Below, in pieces: positions 49,351 through 61,680 of a stretch of DNA of 64,000 nucleotides. Position 1 is the stretch's first letter. The number at the start of each line of letters is the position of its first letter. The translations under genes were made by a program, and so were the position numbers. A model generated the notes under the pieces. It searched no databases and was not told the origin of the DNA. It saw only the letters and a list, made by a program, of their open reading frames with translations. The DNA comes from Malacoraja senta (taxonomy: Eukaryota), in assembly GCA_038087875.1 (NCBI GenBank), contig CM075983.1:13454001-13518000 (forward strand), given 5' to 3'.

Positions 49351-51112
49351 CTGTACAATTAATCAAGAAGAATTGGATTAACATGAGTTACCTAATCATT
49401 GATGTGCCCGTCTTGTAGGATTTTGGTGTCTTTTTAAAAAGCTGGAACCTATTTATTTTTTCATGCAACAGTGCTATAAATTTCTGCATCTAAAAAGATG
49501 AAGTTATTTTGTAGGATTCATGTGACATTGATTTACAGGAACATGGGTTTTGGTTGTATGCTGTAAAGATAATAATAGACCTTAAATTTGTTCCAACACT
49601 TTTTGCTATGTTTATTTTCTGTTCTCTCTCCTTTTTAACAGCAGTCCTACATGTGCAGACTTGCACAGGAGCAGTTTCCAACACTTTTCCAAAATGCCTC
49701 TCCTCAATTCTGAGATCATGCAATGACTTATTGCAGCTTTCTACCAACAACCAATGCTTACCAACAACTAGAGAGCAATCCTGAGCTGCTATGTACTACA
49801 TTGGAGACCATTGCACCATTTATAATCAGACTTTATCATTGTTCCTTTTATCATGCTCTAAACATTATTCCTTTTATAATGTACATTGTGGATGGTTCAA
49901 TTGTAATCCTGTATAATATTTATTTTTAGTTTAGTTTAATGTCACGTGTACTGAGGTACAGTGAAAAGCTTTTGTTGTGTGCTAACTATTCAGCAGTAAG
50001 ACAATACATGATTCCAATTGAGTCATCCACAGTGTAGGAATTAAAAGGGGCACGATAAAGGGATTAACTTGAATAACATTTAGTGCAAGATAAAGTCTAA
50101 TTGAAGATAGTCCAAGGGTCTCCTATGAGTGTAGATGGTAGGTCAGGACTGTTCTCTAGTTGTTGGTAGCATGGTTCAGCTAGAAAGAAACTGTCCCTGA
50201 TTCTGGAGATGCGCGTTTACACACTTCTGTACCTCTTGCCTGATGGGAGAGGGGACTGGTGACTGGTTAGCATGCACCAAAAAGCTTTTCACTGTGCCTC
50301 GGTACACATGACAAAAAACTAAACTAAACTTTTGAGCTGAGCTTTAATTTTATCTGTGCCCAGTAATTATGCAGCCTTTTTCCAGTAGTGAGTTGGTCAG
50401 GTGCAGAGGAGTTAGAATTGTGTTTTTTTTTCAGATTTCTGTTTGTACTCTTTCCTTGTCCCCAATAATGTGGATCACTTGGGATATTTCCAGCATCTGT
50501 AATTTGGGCAATTCAGTACTGGTCATCGGCAAATGCCATTTGGACAGATTCATTGCCAGACATCGAACTGTGCCTATTTTTGATGCACTAAAACAATATT
50601 GCATCTAGCATTGGCACCAAATCTGAATTGAGGACCAAAACCTCCAAATTTAAGGACAGTTTCTCCCCAGCTGTCATCAGGCAACTATCAACAACTAGAG
50701 AGTGGTCCTGAGCTACCATCTACCTCATTGGAGACCCTCGAACTATCTTTAATTGAACTTGACTGGACTTTATCTTGCACTAAACATTATTCCCTTTATC
50801 CTATATCTGTACACTGTGGACGGCTCAATTGTAATCATAGAGTCATAGAGTCATACAGTGTTGAAACAGCCCCTTTGGCCCAACTTGCCCACACCGGCCA
50901 ACATGTCCCAACTATACTAGACCCACCTGCCTGCGTTTGACCCATATCCCTCCAAACCTGTCCTATCCATGTACCTAACTGTTATTAAATGTTGGGATAG
51001 TCTCTGCCTCAACGACCTCCTCTGACAGCTTGTTCCACACACCCACCACCCTTTGTGTGAAAAGGATGTAATCATGCATAGTCTTTCTGCCGACTGGATA
51101 GCAAGCAACAAA

Positions 51113-51645
51113 AAGTCAAGTCAAGTCATCAAGTTTATTCGTCACATACGCATACGAGATGTGCAGTGAAATGAAAAGTGGCAATGCTTGCGAATTGTGC
51201 AAAAAAACCCTACAAAACAGAATGGAACAAAATCAGTAATTACATATTTGTGGGAGGAAAAAACAGCAATTTTAAAAAGACACCACACAACAGTAAATTG
51301 GTACAGTAAGTTAGTCCCTGGTAAGATAGGAGTTTACAGTCCTAATGGTCTCTGGGAAGAAACTCCTTCTCATCCTCTCTGTTTTCACAGCATGGCAACG
51401 GAGGCGTTTGCCTGACCGTAGCAGCTGGAACAATCTGTTGCTGGGGTGGAAGGGGTCCCCCATGATTTTGCTGGCCCTGGATTTGCACCTTCTGATGTAT
51501 AGTTCCTGCAGGGGGACGAGTGTAGTTCCCATAGTGTGTTCGGCCAAACGCACTACTCTCTGCAGAGCCTTCTTGTCCTGGGCAGAGCAGTTCCCAAACC
51601 AAATTGTGATGTTTCCGGACAAGATGCTTTCCACAGCCGCTGAGT
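51113..51645 (-). mobile_element. Rex/Babar-type LINE 3' fragment
   Basis: ORF 51311..51634: ESILSGNITIWFGNCSAQDKKALQRVV...LRSGKRLR; (GACTT)n tail. Confidence 0.85.
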
Positions 51646-52792
51646 AGAAAAAGCTTTCTACTACACTCTTTCATTAGGTAGGTGTCACTGGAGTCGCAAC
51701 AGATGTATTGCTGCACATCTCAGGATGTGTCTCTGAGTCACTAGGTTTGGTAATATCACGCATTTCATTTTAACATACTTGAGTAAGTCCATGACTGCTG
51801 CCGGAAGGGAACGGCATTTTTCCAATGTTTGACTCACAGCAGCGGTGTACATAATTGTGAAATAATTTAACTGATGTCGCAGCCTCCATGTAAGCCGACG
51901 ATGTCACATTCAGATTTCCATTGATTGTAATTTTCCCATTTCAAGATCCTGTAGTTGGCTTTTGATGTTCAAACACAATAGGGTGAGAGTTTTGCCTTTC
52001 TGTTTCATGGCACCTTTTTAGCAAATGCGACCCTTATAGTAGGAGTCAATTCAATGTGATGTAGAGGTCCTTATGTTTGTACCACAGTGTATGATATAAC
52101 TCGGGGGTATCAGGGAAACATATCTGTTTATTACAGAAATTACAGGTACTGAATGAAGCATAATTAAATTAAGGCATAAGGACCTAACCAACTTTGGAGG
52201 AATTTGGACACACTGATAAAAATTTCACAATTCTAAATGAAGAAATCTCTGATATCAGTCCTAAAGTTGCATGTTTTAATCAAGACTTTCATTGTGATCT
52301 CTTATTTTGTGTAGAACTACGACTGAGCTTTGATATTAAACCTCACACAGTAGAAATGAAAAGCTGCAAATGCTGGTTAAAAACACAAAAGGACACAAAG
52401 TGCTGGGGTAACTCAGTGGGTCAGGCAACATCTCTGGAGAACATGGATGGGTGACGTTTCGGGTCGACCCCCTTCTTCAGTTCCACTCAGACTCTTCTTT
52501 CGTCCTATTCATTTCACTTGCATTCGTCTCCTTAATTTGGTGCCGCTGGTTGTGATGCTGATGAGGTTACTATCCATTCCATGAAGCAGTGGTCTCGCAC
52601 TGGATATATGGAAAAGGAGGGCTGAGATTTTCTTTAATTACCCCTGATTACAGGATTGCAATTTTTAGACACTGTCAAATATTCTGTCAAAACTCAAACC
52701 AGTAGCTTTAATTGGAGAAATGTAATTGATAAGATCAAATCAAGTTGAGTTTCTTGTCATCTGCACAAGTACGATGAGGTACAGATACAGAT

Positions 52793-53140
52793 ACGGCAGA
52801 TGGCGCAATGGGCTAAGTGTTCGGCTGGCAACCGGAAGGTAGCCGGTTCGAATCCCGCTTGGAGTGCATACTGTCATTGTGTCCTTGGGCAAGACACTTC
52901 ACCCACCTTTGCCTGCGTGTGAATGTGTGTGAATGCGTGTGAGTGATTGGTGGTGGTCGGAGGGGCCGTAGGTGCAGATTAGCAGCCACGCTTCCGTCAG
53001 TCTTCCCCAGGGCAGCTGTGGCTACAGAAGTAGCTCACCATCACCGAGTGTGACTGAGGAGTGAATGAATAATGCGATGTAAAGCGCCTTGGGTATTAGA
53101 AAGGCGCTATATAAATCCAATCCATCATTATTATTATTAT
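52793..53140 (+). mobile_element. Second tRNA-derived SINE family (L2-type 3' end), copy 1
   Basis: A box TGGCGCAATGG, B box GGTTCGAATCC, gtgtccttgggcaagacact core, 3' gtaaagcgccttg...aggcgctatataaat, (ATT)n tail. Confidence 0.88.
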
Positions 53141-53439
53141 ACCTGTAGCCGCATCCTGGGCACATATTCCGCAATGGCCGTACAAGAAATCCTATCAATA
53201 TTGTGCTTATGTGGAAACTTGCAATGCAATGATATCTTTTATTTAAATTAAACATTACCCATGATGATTCTTCAGCAAGGATGGAGATATTTTCAGTGAA
53301 TATCAAACTCTGAATGGACGACATTGGTGAAATATGAAGAGAGGGCAAAAAACTGTTAAAAGTGGCGAATTAGTTGGCTGACACCTTGCAGTATAAAAGT
53401 TATACAAGGATAGTTAGAAGCGATAAGAGGTTTGTTCGG

Positions 53440-53780
53440 TAGAGCTAAATGCAGGAAAAATGTTCACAATGTGGGGCGAGTCCAGAACCAGGGGCCACAG
53501 TCTTAGAATAAAGGGGAGGTCATTTAAGACTGAGGTGAGAAAAAACTTTTTCACCCAGAGAGTTGTGAATTTATGGAATTCCCTGCCACAGAGGGCAGTG
53601 GAGGCCAAGTCACTGGATGGATTTAAGAGAGAGTTAGATAGAGCTCTAAGGGCTAGTGGAGTCAAGGGATATGGGGAGAAGGCAGGCACGGGTTATTGAT
53701 AGGGGACGATCAGCCATGATCACAATGAATGGCTCGAAGGGCCGAATGGCCTCCTCCTGCACCTATTTTCTATCTATCTA
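53440..53780 (+). mobile_element. CR1 LINE 3' fragment
   Basis: MFTMWGESRTRGHSLRIKG...FFTQRVVNLWNSLP. Confidence 0.85.
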
Positions 53781-54799
53781 TCTGCAAACAAGCTGTGGTG
53801 GATGGGACGATTTGGGTAGTTGAAAGGAATACGTTGTACACTGATGCCTAAAGTAGAACTGGCATGAGAGAATATATTAAGAACTGGACTTGCTGGCCTT
53901 GGCAAAGTAAGTCAGGTCCAGTTAAGCCCTATTGAAGCCGGTCTTGTGATCACTGTGAAGGCATATTTGGATATGATTTACCTATACCTTTGATGATCGC
54001 TGCATGGGTAAACCTACCATGCAGAATTAGGAAGAAACTTGTTCTGGAAGTGTTCGATAAATAGTCACTAAATATTTAAATATTATTTTATAGTGTTGCA
54101 TAATACAAAATCATTGTGTTATGCAACAGAATTTCTCTGCTCTCTTTCCCTGAGACCAGTGCGGTTGTTGGATTGTAAATGTGATTTAATTGTTCAGTTT
54201 TAGCCAGGTGGTTTGTAACATCTTGCCAAGATTAGGTTGGGTGGAATCAGCAGTGAGCTCAAGAGGTTTGCAGATTAATATGTTGTGTTGTTTTATTTGC
54301 AACTTGTCAATATCTAAATTCAGAACTGAGTTGAAAGTCGATGGACCCTAAAACCACGGTGGTAATTTTCCACTTCTGCGATCGAAACATTGTACACATT
54401 TGGGAAATTGGCTCAGTCAATTAGTTTATCTAAAGTACAATATTTGTTTATGCAAACTCTCCCAAGAATGAATCATGATAAAATCAAGTAACAATGTTCT
54501 TCAGCATTACTCCACACACCTTAATTTGCAAAGGTCCAGAAATTCAGTGCAGTTTTACCTCATGTGGTGTTGCATCTCAAATTGAGCAAAATTTTAATTA
54601 TTGAAATAATGATTTCACGTATGTTTTTTTTGGGAGTGCACAGAACTGCTAGTTTCACAGATCAGGTGATTCAACTGGACTCCAAACAACACGGAGTCAA
54701 CTTTTGATAACATTTCAGATGGAACGGTTAACTTTCTTTGATATTAGACTTTCTTTATTTTCTTCTGAGGACTGAAAAAGTTTCCCAGTCACCCATAAT

Positions 54800-55015
54800 T
54801 AGACACAAAGTGCTGGAGTAACTCAGCAGGTCATCGGAATCTCTGGAGGACAGGGATGGGTGATGTTTCGGGTTGGGACTCTTCTTCAGACTCTGAAGAA
54901 GGGTCCCGACCCAAAACGTCACTTATCCATGTTCTCCAGGGATGCTGCCTGACCCGCTGAGTTACTCCAGCACTTTGTGTCTTTTTTTGTAAACCAGCAT
55001 CTGCAGTTCCTTGTT
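54800..55015. mobile_element. Fold-back PLE terminal-repeat element (older subfamily)
   Basis: Inverted arms centred on cttcttcagactctgaagaagg, giving back-to-back hammerhead-like cores at about 54861-54923. Confidence 0.75.
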
Positions 55016-55230
55016 TCCACCCAAAAAATACTGTTGCCAAGGCTACCTCCATCGAGTACACAACTACCCCAAATATTGATGAACAGAAAGACGTCCACGA
55101 CCATGTTTGATGTGCCAGGTGACAAAGTAAATCTGGTCTGGAGGTTTCCTCCATCACTGTGGTGTGAAATAACTTAAGATGAAGGTGCGTGGTTGAAATA
55201 TACGCCGATTAACATCTCCCATTGTCTTAC

Positions 55231-55450
55231 TGTTTAAGAAGGAACTGCAGATGCTGGAAAGTCGAAGGTACACAAAAATGCTGGAGAAACTCAGCGGGTG
55301 CAGCAGCATCTATGGAGCAAAGGAAATAGGCAACGTTTTGGGCCGAAACCCTTCATCAGTCTGAAGAAGGGTTTTGGCCCGAAACGTTGCCTATTTCCTT
55401 CACTCCATAAATGCTGCTGCACCCGTTGAGTTTCTCCAGCATTTTTGTGT
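55231..55450. mobile_element. Young near-perfect palindromic PLE insertion with hammerhead-like motifs on both strands
   Basis: 90-bp arms 55270-55359 and 55361-55450 (7 mismatches, 1-nt centre); TSD CCCATTGTCTTAC at 55218-55230 and 55451-55463. Confidence 0.9.
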
Positions 55451-55889
55451 CCCATTGTCTTACGATTGGCTGATTCATCGGAGAACGGGCCATGGTTATG
55501 TCAGTAGACAGCACAGTTTGTTTACAAAGCTGTCCTTTTAATTTCAAACTGATTGCTGCTTATAATGTACATTAAACCAAATATTGTGAAGACTGGTTCT
55601 TGTTTGAATTAATGCCTGCTTTATCCACATGATTTGTAACCCTTGAGCAGTCCCTAACAATGTCAAACCAAACTATGAGTGTTTGTGTTGATCTATTGAT
55701 AGCAAAACAGCAGCTAATGTAGGTGTGGGACTTCTAGCGAACAAGGCTCGTGAAATTAACGATACGACAGATATGTTAAATCAAGTATCAATCTTCACTG
55801 TGGAGAATTATTTCACATAATGGGGAGAAGCTTCTAAGAATTACATGGGATAACATATTTGAGAAACTCGCAGGGCTAATGAATAGCTC

Positions 55890-56310
55890 GGACTTGTCAG
55901 TGGATTGTCACCTTGTCGTGGTGGAGAAGCTTGTGTGGACCTGAGATCCTGAGAGTGATGCCGTCTGGAGCTATGCTCCTGGTAGGGCCACCCATGCGAT
56001 AAGGTCGAGGGGGAAGTCTCTGACAAAGAGCAATCCAACCAAGACCTCAACGGTGGAACAGGCGGAGGATGATGGCTGACCTTAGTGGAGCGTCACAACG
56101 GCTGGGAAGGCAGATGAAGGCTGCAGCAGAAAAGTGGTCTCCGGTCGTCTTGGAATCCATGCCACTGGATCTTGACCCAGATCTGTCAAGGACCGTGGGG
56201 TGGCTGTCTGTGCACCAGTCACCCCATGTTAAACAAAGTCACGCACAGGCGACCTCCATATAGGGAATAACACCCTGGAGACACCCATGACCAGCCATGA
56301 CCAAAGGGGG
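55890..56310 (+). mobile_element. RTE-type LINE 5' UTR-like fragment
   Basis: Starts tcaccttgtcgtggtggagaagcttgtgtg...ctatgctcctggtaggg, which I recognise as an RTE 5' end; no ORF. Confidence 0.5.
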
Positions 56311-56365
56311 CCTAAGAGAAGCGTAGATGGCCTACACTTAAGGGATTTAAAGGAAGTGGCTATAT

Positions 56366-56800
56366 ATGCTGAGAGAATGGAGCTTGTACACTCTGGAGTT
56401 TAGAAGGATGAGAGGGCATCTTATTGAAACATATAAGATTGTTAAGGGTTTGGACACGCTAGAGGCAGGAAACATGTTCCCGATGTTGGAGTCCAGAACC
56501 AGGGGCCACAGTTTAAGAATAAGGGGTAAGCCATTTAGAACGGAGACGAGGAAACACTTTTTCTCACAGAGAGTTGTGATTCTGTGGAATTCTCTGCCTC
56601 AGAGGGCGGTGGAGGCAGGTTCTCTGGATACTTTCAAGAGAGAGCTAGATAGGGCTCTTGAAGATAACAGAGTCAGGGGATATGGGGAGAAGGCAGGAAC
56701 GGGGTACTGATTAGGGATGATCAACCATGGTCACATTGAATGGTGGTGCTGGCTCGAAGGGCTGAATGGCCTACTCCTGCACCTATTGTCTATTGTCTAT
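56366..56800 (+). mobile_element. CR1 LINE 3' fragment
   Basis: LYTLEFRRMRGHLIETYKI...FFSQRVVILWNSLP; (CTATTGT)n tail. Confidence 0.88.
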
Positions 56801-57171
56801 TGTGATTGTGGACCCATTTGGTTGAAGTTTTCAAAGTTGTTAAATTCCAGGAGGGTACCACTACATTGGAAAACAATCAACATCTTGGTTACCTGGTTAA
56901 AACTGCATGAAGAGAGAAGGCGGAGAACTGTAGGACAGTTGGTGTAACACTCTATTGTTGGCAAGGCGCTAGTTAATAATCAAAGAAGAAATAACCAATG
57001 ATTTAGGATAGTTGAATATAATCAAACCTTCTTTAGTTTATTATTGTTGCCTATACTGAGTTACAGTGGGAAAGCTTTTTTGTTGCCTGCTATCCCAACC
57101 TATACAGTAATCCCTCATTATAATGTGTCATGGGGGGGGGGGGGTAGAGGGTGGGGGGAATGGTGTCCCTT

Positions 57172-57515
57172 ATTGCGCCATCTGTCGTCCCTTTAGCGCA
57201 ATGGGCTAAGTGTTCGGCTGGCAACCGGAAGGTAGCCGGTTCGAATCCCGCTTGGAGTGCATACTGTCGTTGTGTCCTTGGGCAAGACACTTCACCCACC
57301 TTTGCCTGCGTGTGAATGTGTGTGAGTGATTGGTGGTGGTCGGAGGGGCCGTAGGTGCAGATTAGCAGCCACGCTTCCGTCAGTCTGCCCCAGGGCAGCT
57401 GTGGCTACAGAAGTAGCTCACCACCACCGAGTGTGACTGAGGAGTGAATGAATAATGCGATGTAAAGCGCCTTGAGTATTAGAAAGGCGCTATATAAATC
57501 CCATCCATTATTATT
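57172..57515 (+). mobile_element. Second SINE family, copy 2, with inverted 5' end
   Basis: About 6 substitutions and one 10-bp indel relative to copy 1; 57172-57191 is the reverse complement of the SINE 5' end. Confidence 0.88.
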
Positions 57516-58439
57516 GCCAATTGCCTGTTATAACCGAGTAATTGTCTCTAGTGTGTAGGATAGTGCTAATGTACGGGGATCGCTGGTCAGCGCGGACTCG
57601 GTAGGCCGAAGAGCCTGTTTCCATGCTGTGTCTCGAAACTAAACTAAATTAAGGAAGGATTTTGAGGCTGCAACTCCTCCAAGCTTTTTTTATAAAAGAT
57701 TTAGATGGTGCATGAGGAAAAATATTTCATGCAATATTCCATTGGGAATTTACAGGAGGACTGTTGTATGATTCTCTATTTCCTGTCTGCACTTTGTATA
57801 TAAATATTGGTGCATGTCATCAAAAGTAGCTAAGTTCCTCTGAAATGTGTGCCTTGAATGTGATATTGGCTTTAATTCAATCTGTTTCAGACAATTAAAC
57901 GGAACAGAGCGTGCACATTTAGGTCTCGTGTTCCAATGATCTCATCACCTGTTGCTGAATGCACAAGTATAGCACATGTACAGACCAGTATGGCAAACAA
58001 ACAGGCCCTTCAGCCCACAATGTCTGTGCTGAACATGATGTCAAGTTAAACTAATCTCATCTGCCTGCCCATTGTCCATACTCCCTGTGCCTATCTGAAA
58101 GTCTAAAAAATGTCACTCTCATATCCAAACCCTTGCTTCTCCTCTCCCTCCTCCGACAGTCTTACTGTCTCTGACCACATTTTATCTTTCCTTGCTTTGT
58201 TACCTTCTTCCAGCTAACAATGACCTATTCTACATTTTCCTTGATCTCCATTCCCTTTGTCCTATTTTTACACCTTACACTTCCTTATCTATGTATCTCC
58301 CTCTCCCCTGACAAAAGTCTGAAGAAGGGTCTCGACCCGAAACATTACCCATTCCTTCTCTCCAGAGATGCTGCCTGTCCCGCTGAGTACTCCAGAATTT
58401 TGTGTCTATCTTCACTCTCACATCTGTCTCCTCCACCAC

Positions 58440-59355
58440 CCTTGGCAGTGTATACCAGGCACCATCACATTCTCCTTTAAACTTTGCCCCTTTCACTTTA
58501 AAACTAAGCCCTCCACTCTTTGACATTTCCACACTGGGGAGAAGGAAAAGTTCTAACTGTCTTCCCTATCTATGCCTCTCATAGTTCTATATGCTTCTAA
58601 CAAGTCTCTTCTCAGCCTCCGATACTCCAGGGAAAATGTTCAAGTTCTGTTCAACCTCTCCTTGTAGCTAATCCTCCTAATCCAGACAGCCTTCTGGTAA
58701 ACCTCCTCTGCACTCACTTCAAAGCCTCAATGCCTTTATGTAATGGGGTGAGCATAACTGTTAGTAATTATCCAAATGTCGCATAACTAAAGTTATATAA
58801 AGCTGCATCATGACCTCCTGGCTCTTATACTCATTACCTCGACCAATTAAGGCAAGCATACCATACATCTTCTTTACCACTATGGACTTTGAACCTAAGA
58901 TCCCCCTGTATATTAATTCTGTTAAAAATCTTGCTATTAATCATATACTTTCCCCTCGCATTTGACCTCCCAAAGTGCCAAACCTTGCACTTGCTCGGAT
59001 TAAACTCCGTCTGCCATTTCTCCGCTCATTTTTGTGGCTGATCTATATCCCACCGCATAGTTTGACATTCTTTCTCACAGTCCGCAAATCTACAAATCTT
59101 AGTGTCATCTGCAAACTTACTAACCAAACCGTCTACATTTATGTCCAAGTCATTTATCTATATCACAAACAATAGAGATCCCAGCACAGATCTCTGCATA
59201 ACTCCACTGGTTACAGACCTCCAGCCTGAACAACACCCTCCACCACAGCCCTCTTGTCTTCTGTCAGTAAGCCACTTCTGAATCCATACAACAAAGTCAC
59301 GGTGAATCCCACGCATCTTACTCTTCTAGATCAGTCAACTGTGGGGAACTTTATC
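58440..59355 (-). mobile_element. Older degraded CR1-type LINE fragment
   Basis: Reverse-complement RT remnants (aaggcatttgataaagttcc = KAFDKVP; atttgcagatgacact = FADDT). Confidence 0.7.
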
Positions 59356-59524
59356 AAATGCCTTACTGAAACACCAAGCAGAACAATGTGCAGAAGTCAT
59401 CTTCTGAGGAGAAAAAGTAACTTAATGTAAGTGAAAAATATGTCACGATTTAATTCTGCAAGTATAATCAATTCCAGTCTCCTCTGCGGTGTTTTGATAC
59501 GGGTAAATCAACTTTTCATTTGAA

Positions 59525-59785
59525 GATAGACGCAAAGTGCTGGAGTAACTCGGCAGGTCAGGCAGCATCTCTGTGGAAAAAGGATGGATGACGTTTCAGG
59601 TCGGGACCCTTCTTCATTCACCCTTCCACTGGTCTGAAGAAGAGTCCCTACCAGAAATGTCACCGGTCTGAAGAAGGGTCCCGACCCGAAATGTCACCCA
59701 TCCTTTTTCTCAAGAGATGCTGCTTGACCCTCTGAGTTACTCCAGCACTTTGTGTCCACCTTTGGTTTAAACCAGCACCAGCAGT
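59525..59785. mobile_element. Fold-back PLE element with a tandem duplicated hammerhead-like core
   Basis: Minus core at about 59586-59616; two + cores in 34-bp tandem units 59631-59664 and 59665-59698. Confidence 0.75.
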
Positions 59786-59899
59786 TACTTACACTCAATT
59801 TTTCTTTTTCAATTTTTCAACCTCGCCCAACACCTTGACAGCTAGTCAACTGTCAAGGTAAAGCCACTGAACAGCACCTTTAAATTGTTCCAGACCAGT

Positions 59900-61400
59900 T
59901 AGTCTAACATCGGTAGTGGGGAACTGCTAGAGTCAGTTATTAAAGATGGGATAGCAGCACATTTGGAAAGTGGTGAAATCATTGGACAAAGTCAGCATGG
60001 ATTGAAGAAAGGTAAATCATGTCTGACGAATCTTATAGAATTTTTCGAGGATGTAACTAGTAGAGTGGATAAGGGAGAACCAGTGGATGTGTTATATCTG
60101 GACTTTCAGAAGGCTTTCGACAAGGTCCCACATAAGAGATTAGTATACAAACTTAAAGCACACGGTATTGGGGGTTCAGTATTGATGTGGATAGAGAACT
60201 GGCTGGCAGACAGGAAGCAAAGAGTAGGAGTAAACGGGTCCTTTTCAGAATGGCAGGCAGTGACTAGTGGGGTACCGCAAGGCTCAGTGCAGGGACCCCA
60301 GCTATTTACAATATATATTAATGATTTGGACGAGGGAATTGAATGCAACATCTCCAAGTTTGCGGATGACACTAAGCTGGGGGGCAGTGTTAGCTGTGAG
60401 GAGGATGCTAGGAGGCTGCAAGGTGACTTGGATAGGCTGGGTGAGTGGGCAAATGCATGGCATATGCAGTATAATGTGGATAAATGTGAGGTTATCCACT
60501 TTGGTGGCAAAAACAGGAAAGTAGACTATTATCAGAATGGTGGCCGATTAGGAAAAGGGGAGATGCAACGAGACCTGGGTGTCATGGTACACCAGTCATT
60601 GAAAGTAGGCAGGTACACAAAAATGCTGGAGAAACTCAGCGGGTGCAGCAGCATCTATGGAGCGAATGAGATAGGCAAGGTTTCAGGCCGAAACCCTTCT
60701 TCAGAAAGTAGGCATGCAGGTGCAGCAGGCAGTGAAGAAAGCGAATGGTATGTTAGCATTCATAGCAAAAGGATTTGAGTATAGGAGCAGGGAGGTTCTA
60801 CTGCAGTTGTACAGGGTCTTGGTGAGACCACACCTGGAGTATTGCGTACAGTTTTGGTCTCCAAATCTGAGGAAAGACATTCTTGCCATAGAGGGAGTAC
60901 AGAGAAGGTTCACCAGACTGATTCCTGGGATGTCAGGACTTTCATATGAAGAAAGACTGGATAGACTCGGCTTGTATTCGCTGGAATTTAGAAGATTGAG
61001 GGGGGATCTTATAGAAACGTACAAAATTCTTAAGGGGTTGGACAGGCTAGATGCAGGAAGATTGTTCTCGATGTTGGGGAAGTCCAGAACAAGGGGGTCA
61101 CAGTTTAAGGATAAGGGGGAAATCTTTTAGGACCGAGATGAGAAAAACATTTTTCACACAGAGAGTGGTGAATCTCTGGAATTCTCTGCCACAAAAGGTA
61201 GTTGAGGCCAGTTCATTGGCTATATTTAAGAAGGAGTTAGATGTGGCCCTTGTGGCTAAAGGGATCAGGGGGTATGGAGAGAAGGCAGGTACAGGATACT
61301 GAGTTGGATGATCAGCCATGATCATATTGAATGGCGGTGCAGGCTCGAAGGGCCGAATGGCCTACTCCTGCACCTGTTTTCTATGTTTCTATGTTCCTAT
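59900..61400 (+). mobile_element. Young CR1 LINE (1.5 kb) with a long open RT frame, split by a PLE insert
   Basis: ORFs 59963..60778 and 60714..61130 (DFQKAFDKVPH, GVPQGSVQGP, KFADD). Removing 60612-60714 restores HQSLKVGMQVQQAVKK. Confidence 0.93.
60612..60703 (-). mobile_element. 92-bp PLE terminal unit (hammerhead-like core to 3' end) with TSD
   Basis: 11-bp TSD GAAAGTAGGCA at 60601-60611 and 60704-60714. Confidence 0.9.
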
Positions 61401-61680
61401 GTTAGGGATCGATTGGTCTGTCTGAATGTCTGTTTTAGTTCTATTTTAGAGATGATAATTTGTAACTTGTAAGTATTTATTTCTGTTTTTATTAATTGCA
61501 CTGACGACAAAACTGATGAGAAACAATTTTTTGTTTCTTCTGTGTATGCAAGTACTCGGTGAAATGACAATAAAGTGAATATTGAATACTGAATACTGAA
61601 TTTTTCTTTTAGCTGGGGCACTTTAAAGGAGACGCTGGGTGCTGAAGTGGTGCAAATAGACTCTGTCTAAAGGGGCAGAT

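Noticed and set aside
53250-53360. Minus-strand exon candidate with donor TGG|GTAATG
   Set aside because: Open in only one frame with an unrecognised peptide; no partner exons.
57131-57158. G-run as a G-quadruplex element
   Set aside because: Mostly a homopolymer (also at about 40862 and 63783); homopolymer lengths are unreliable and nothing supports a function.
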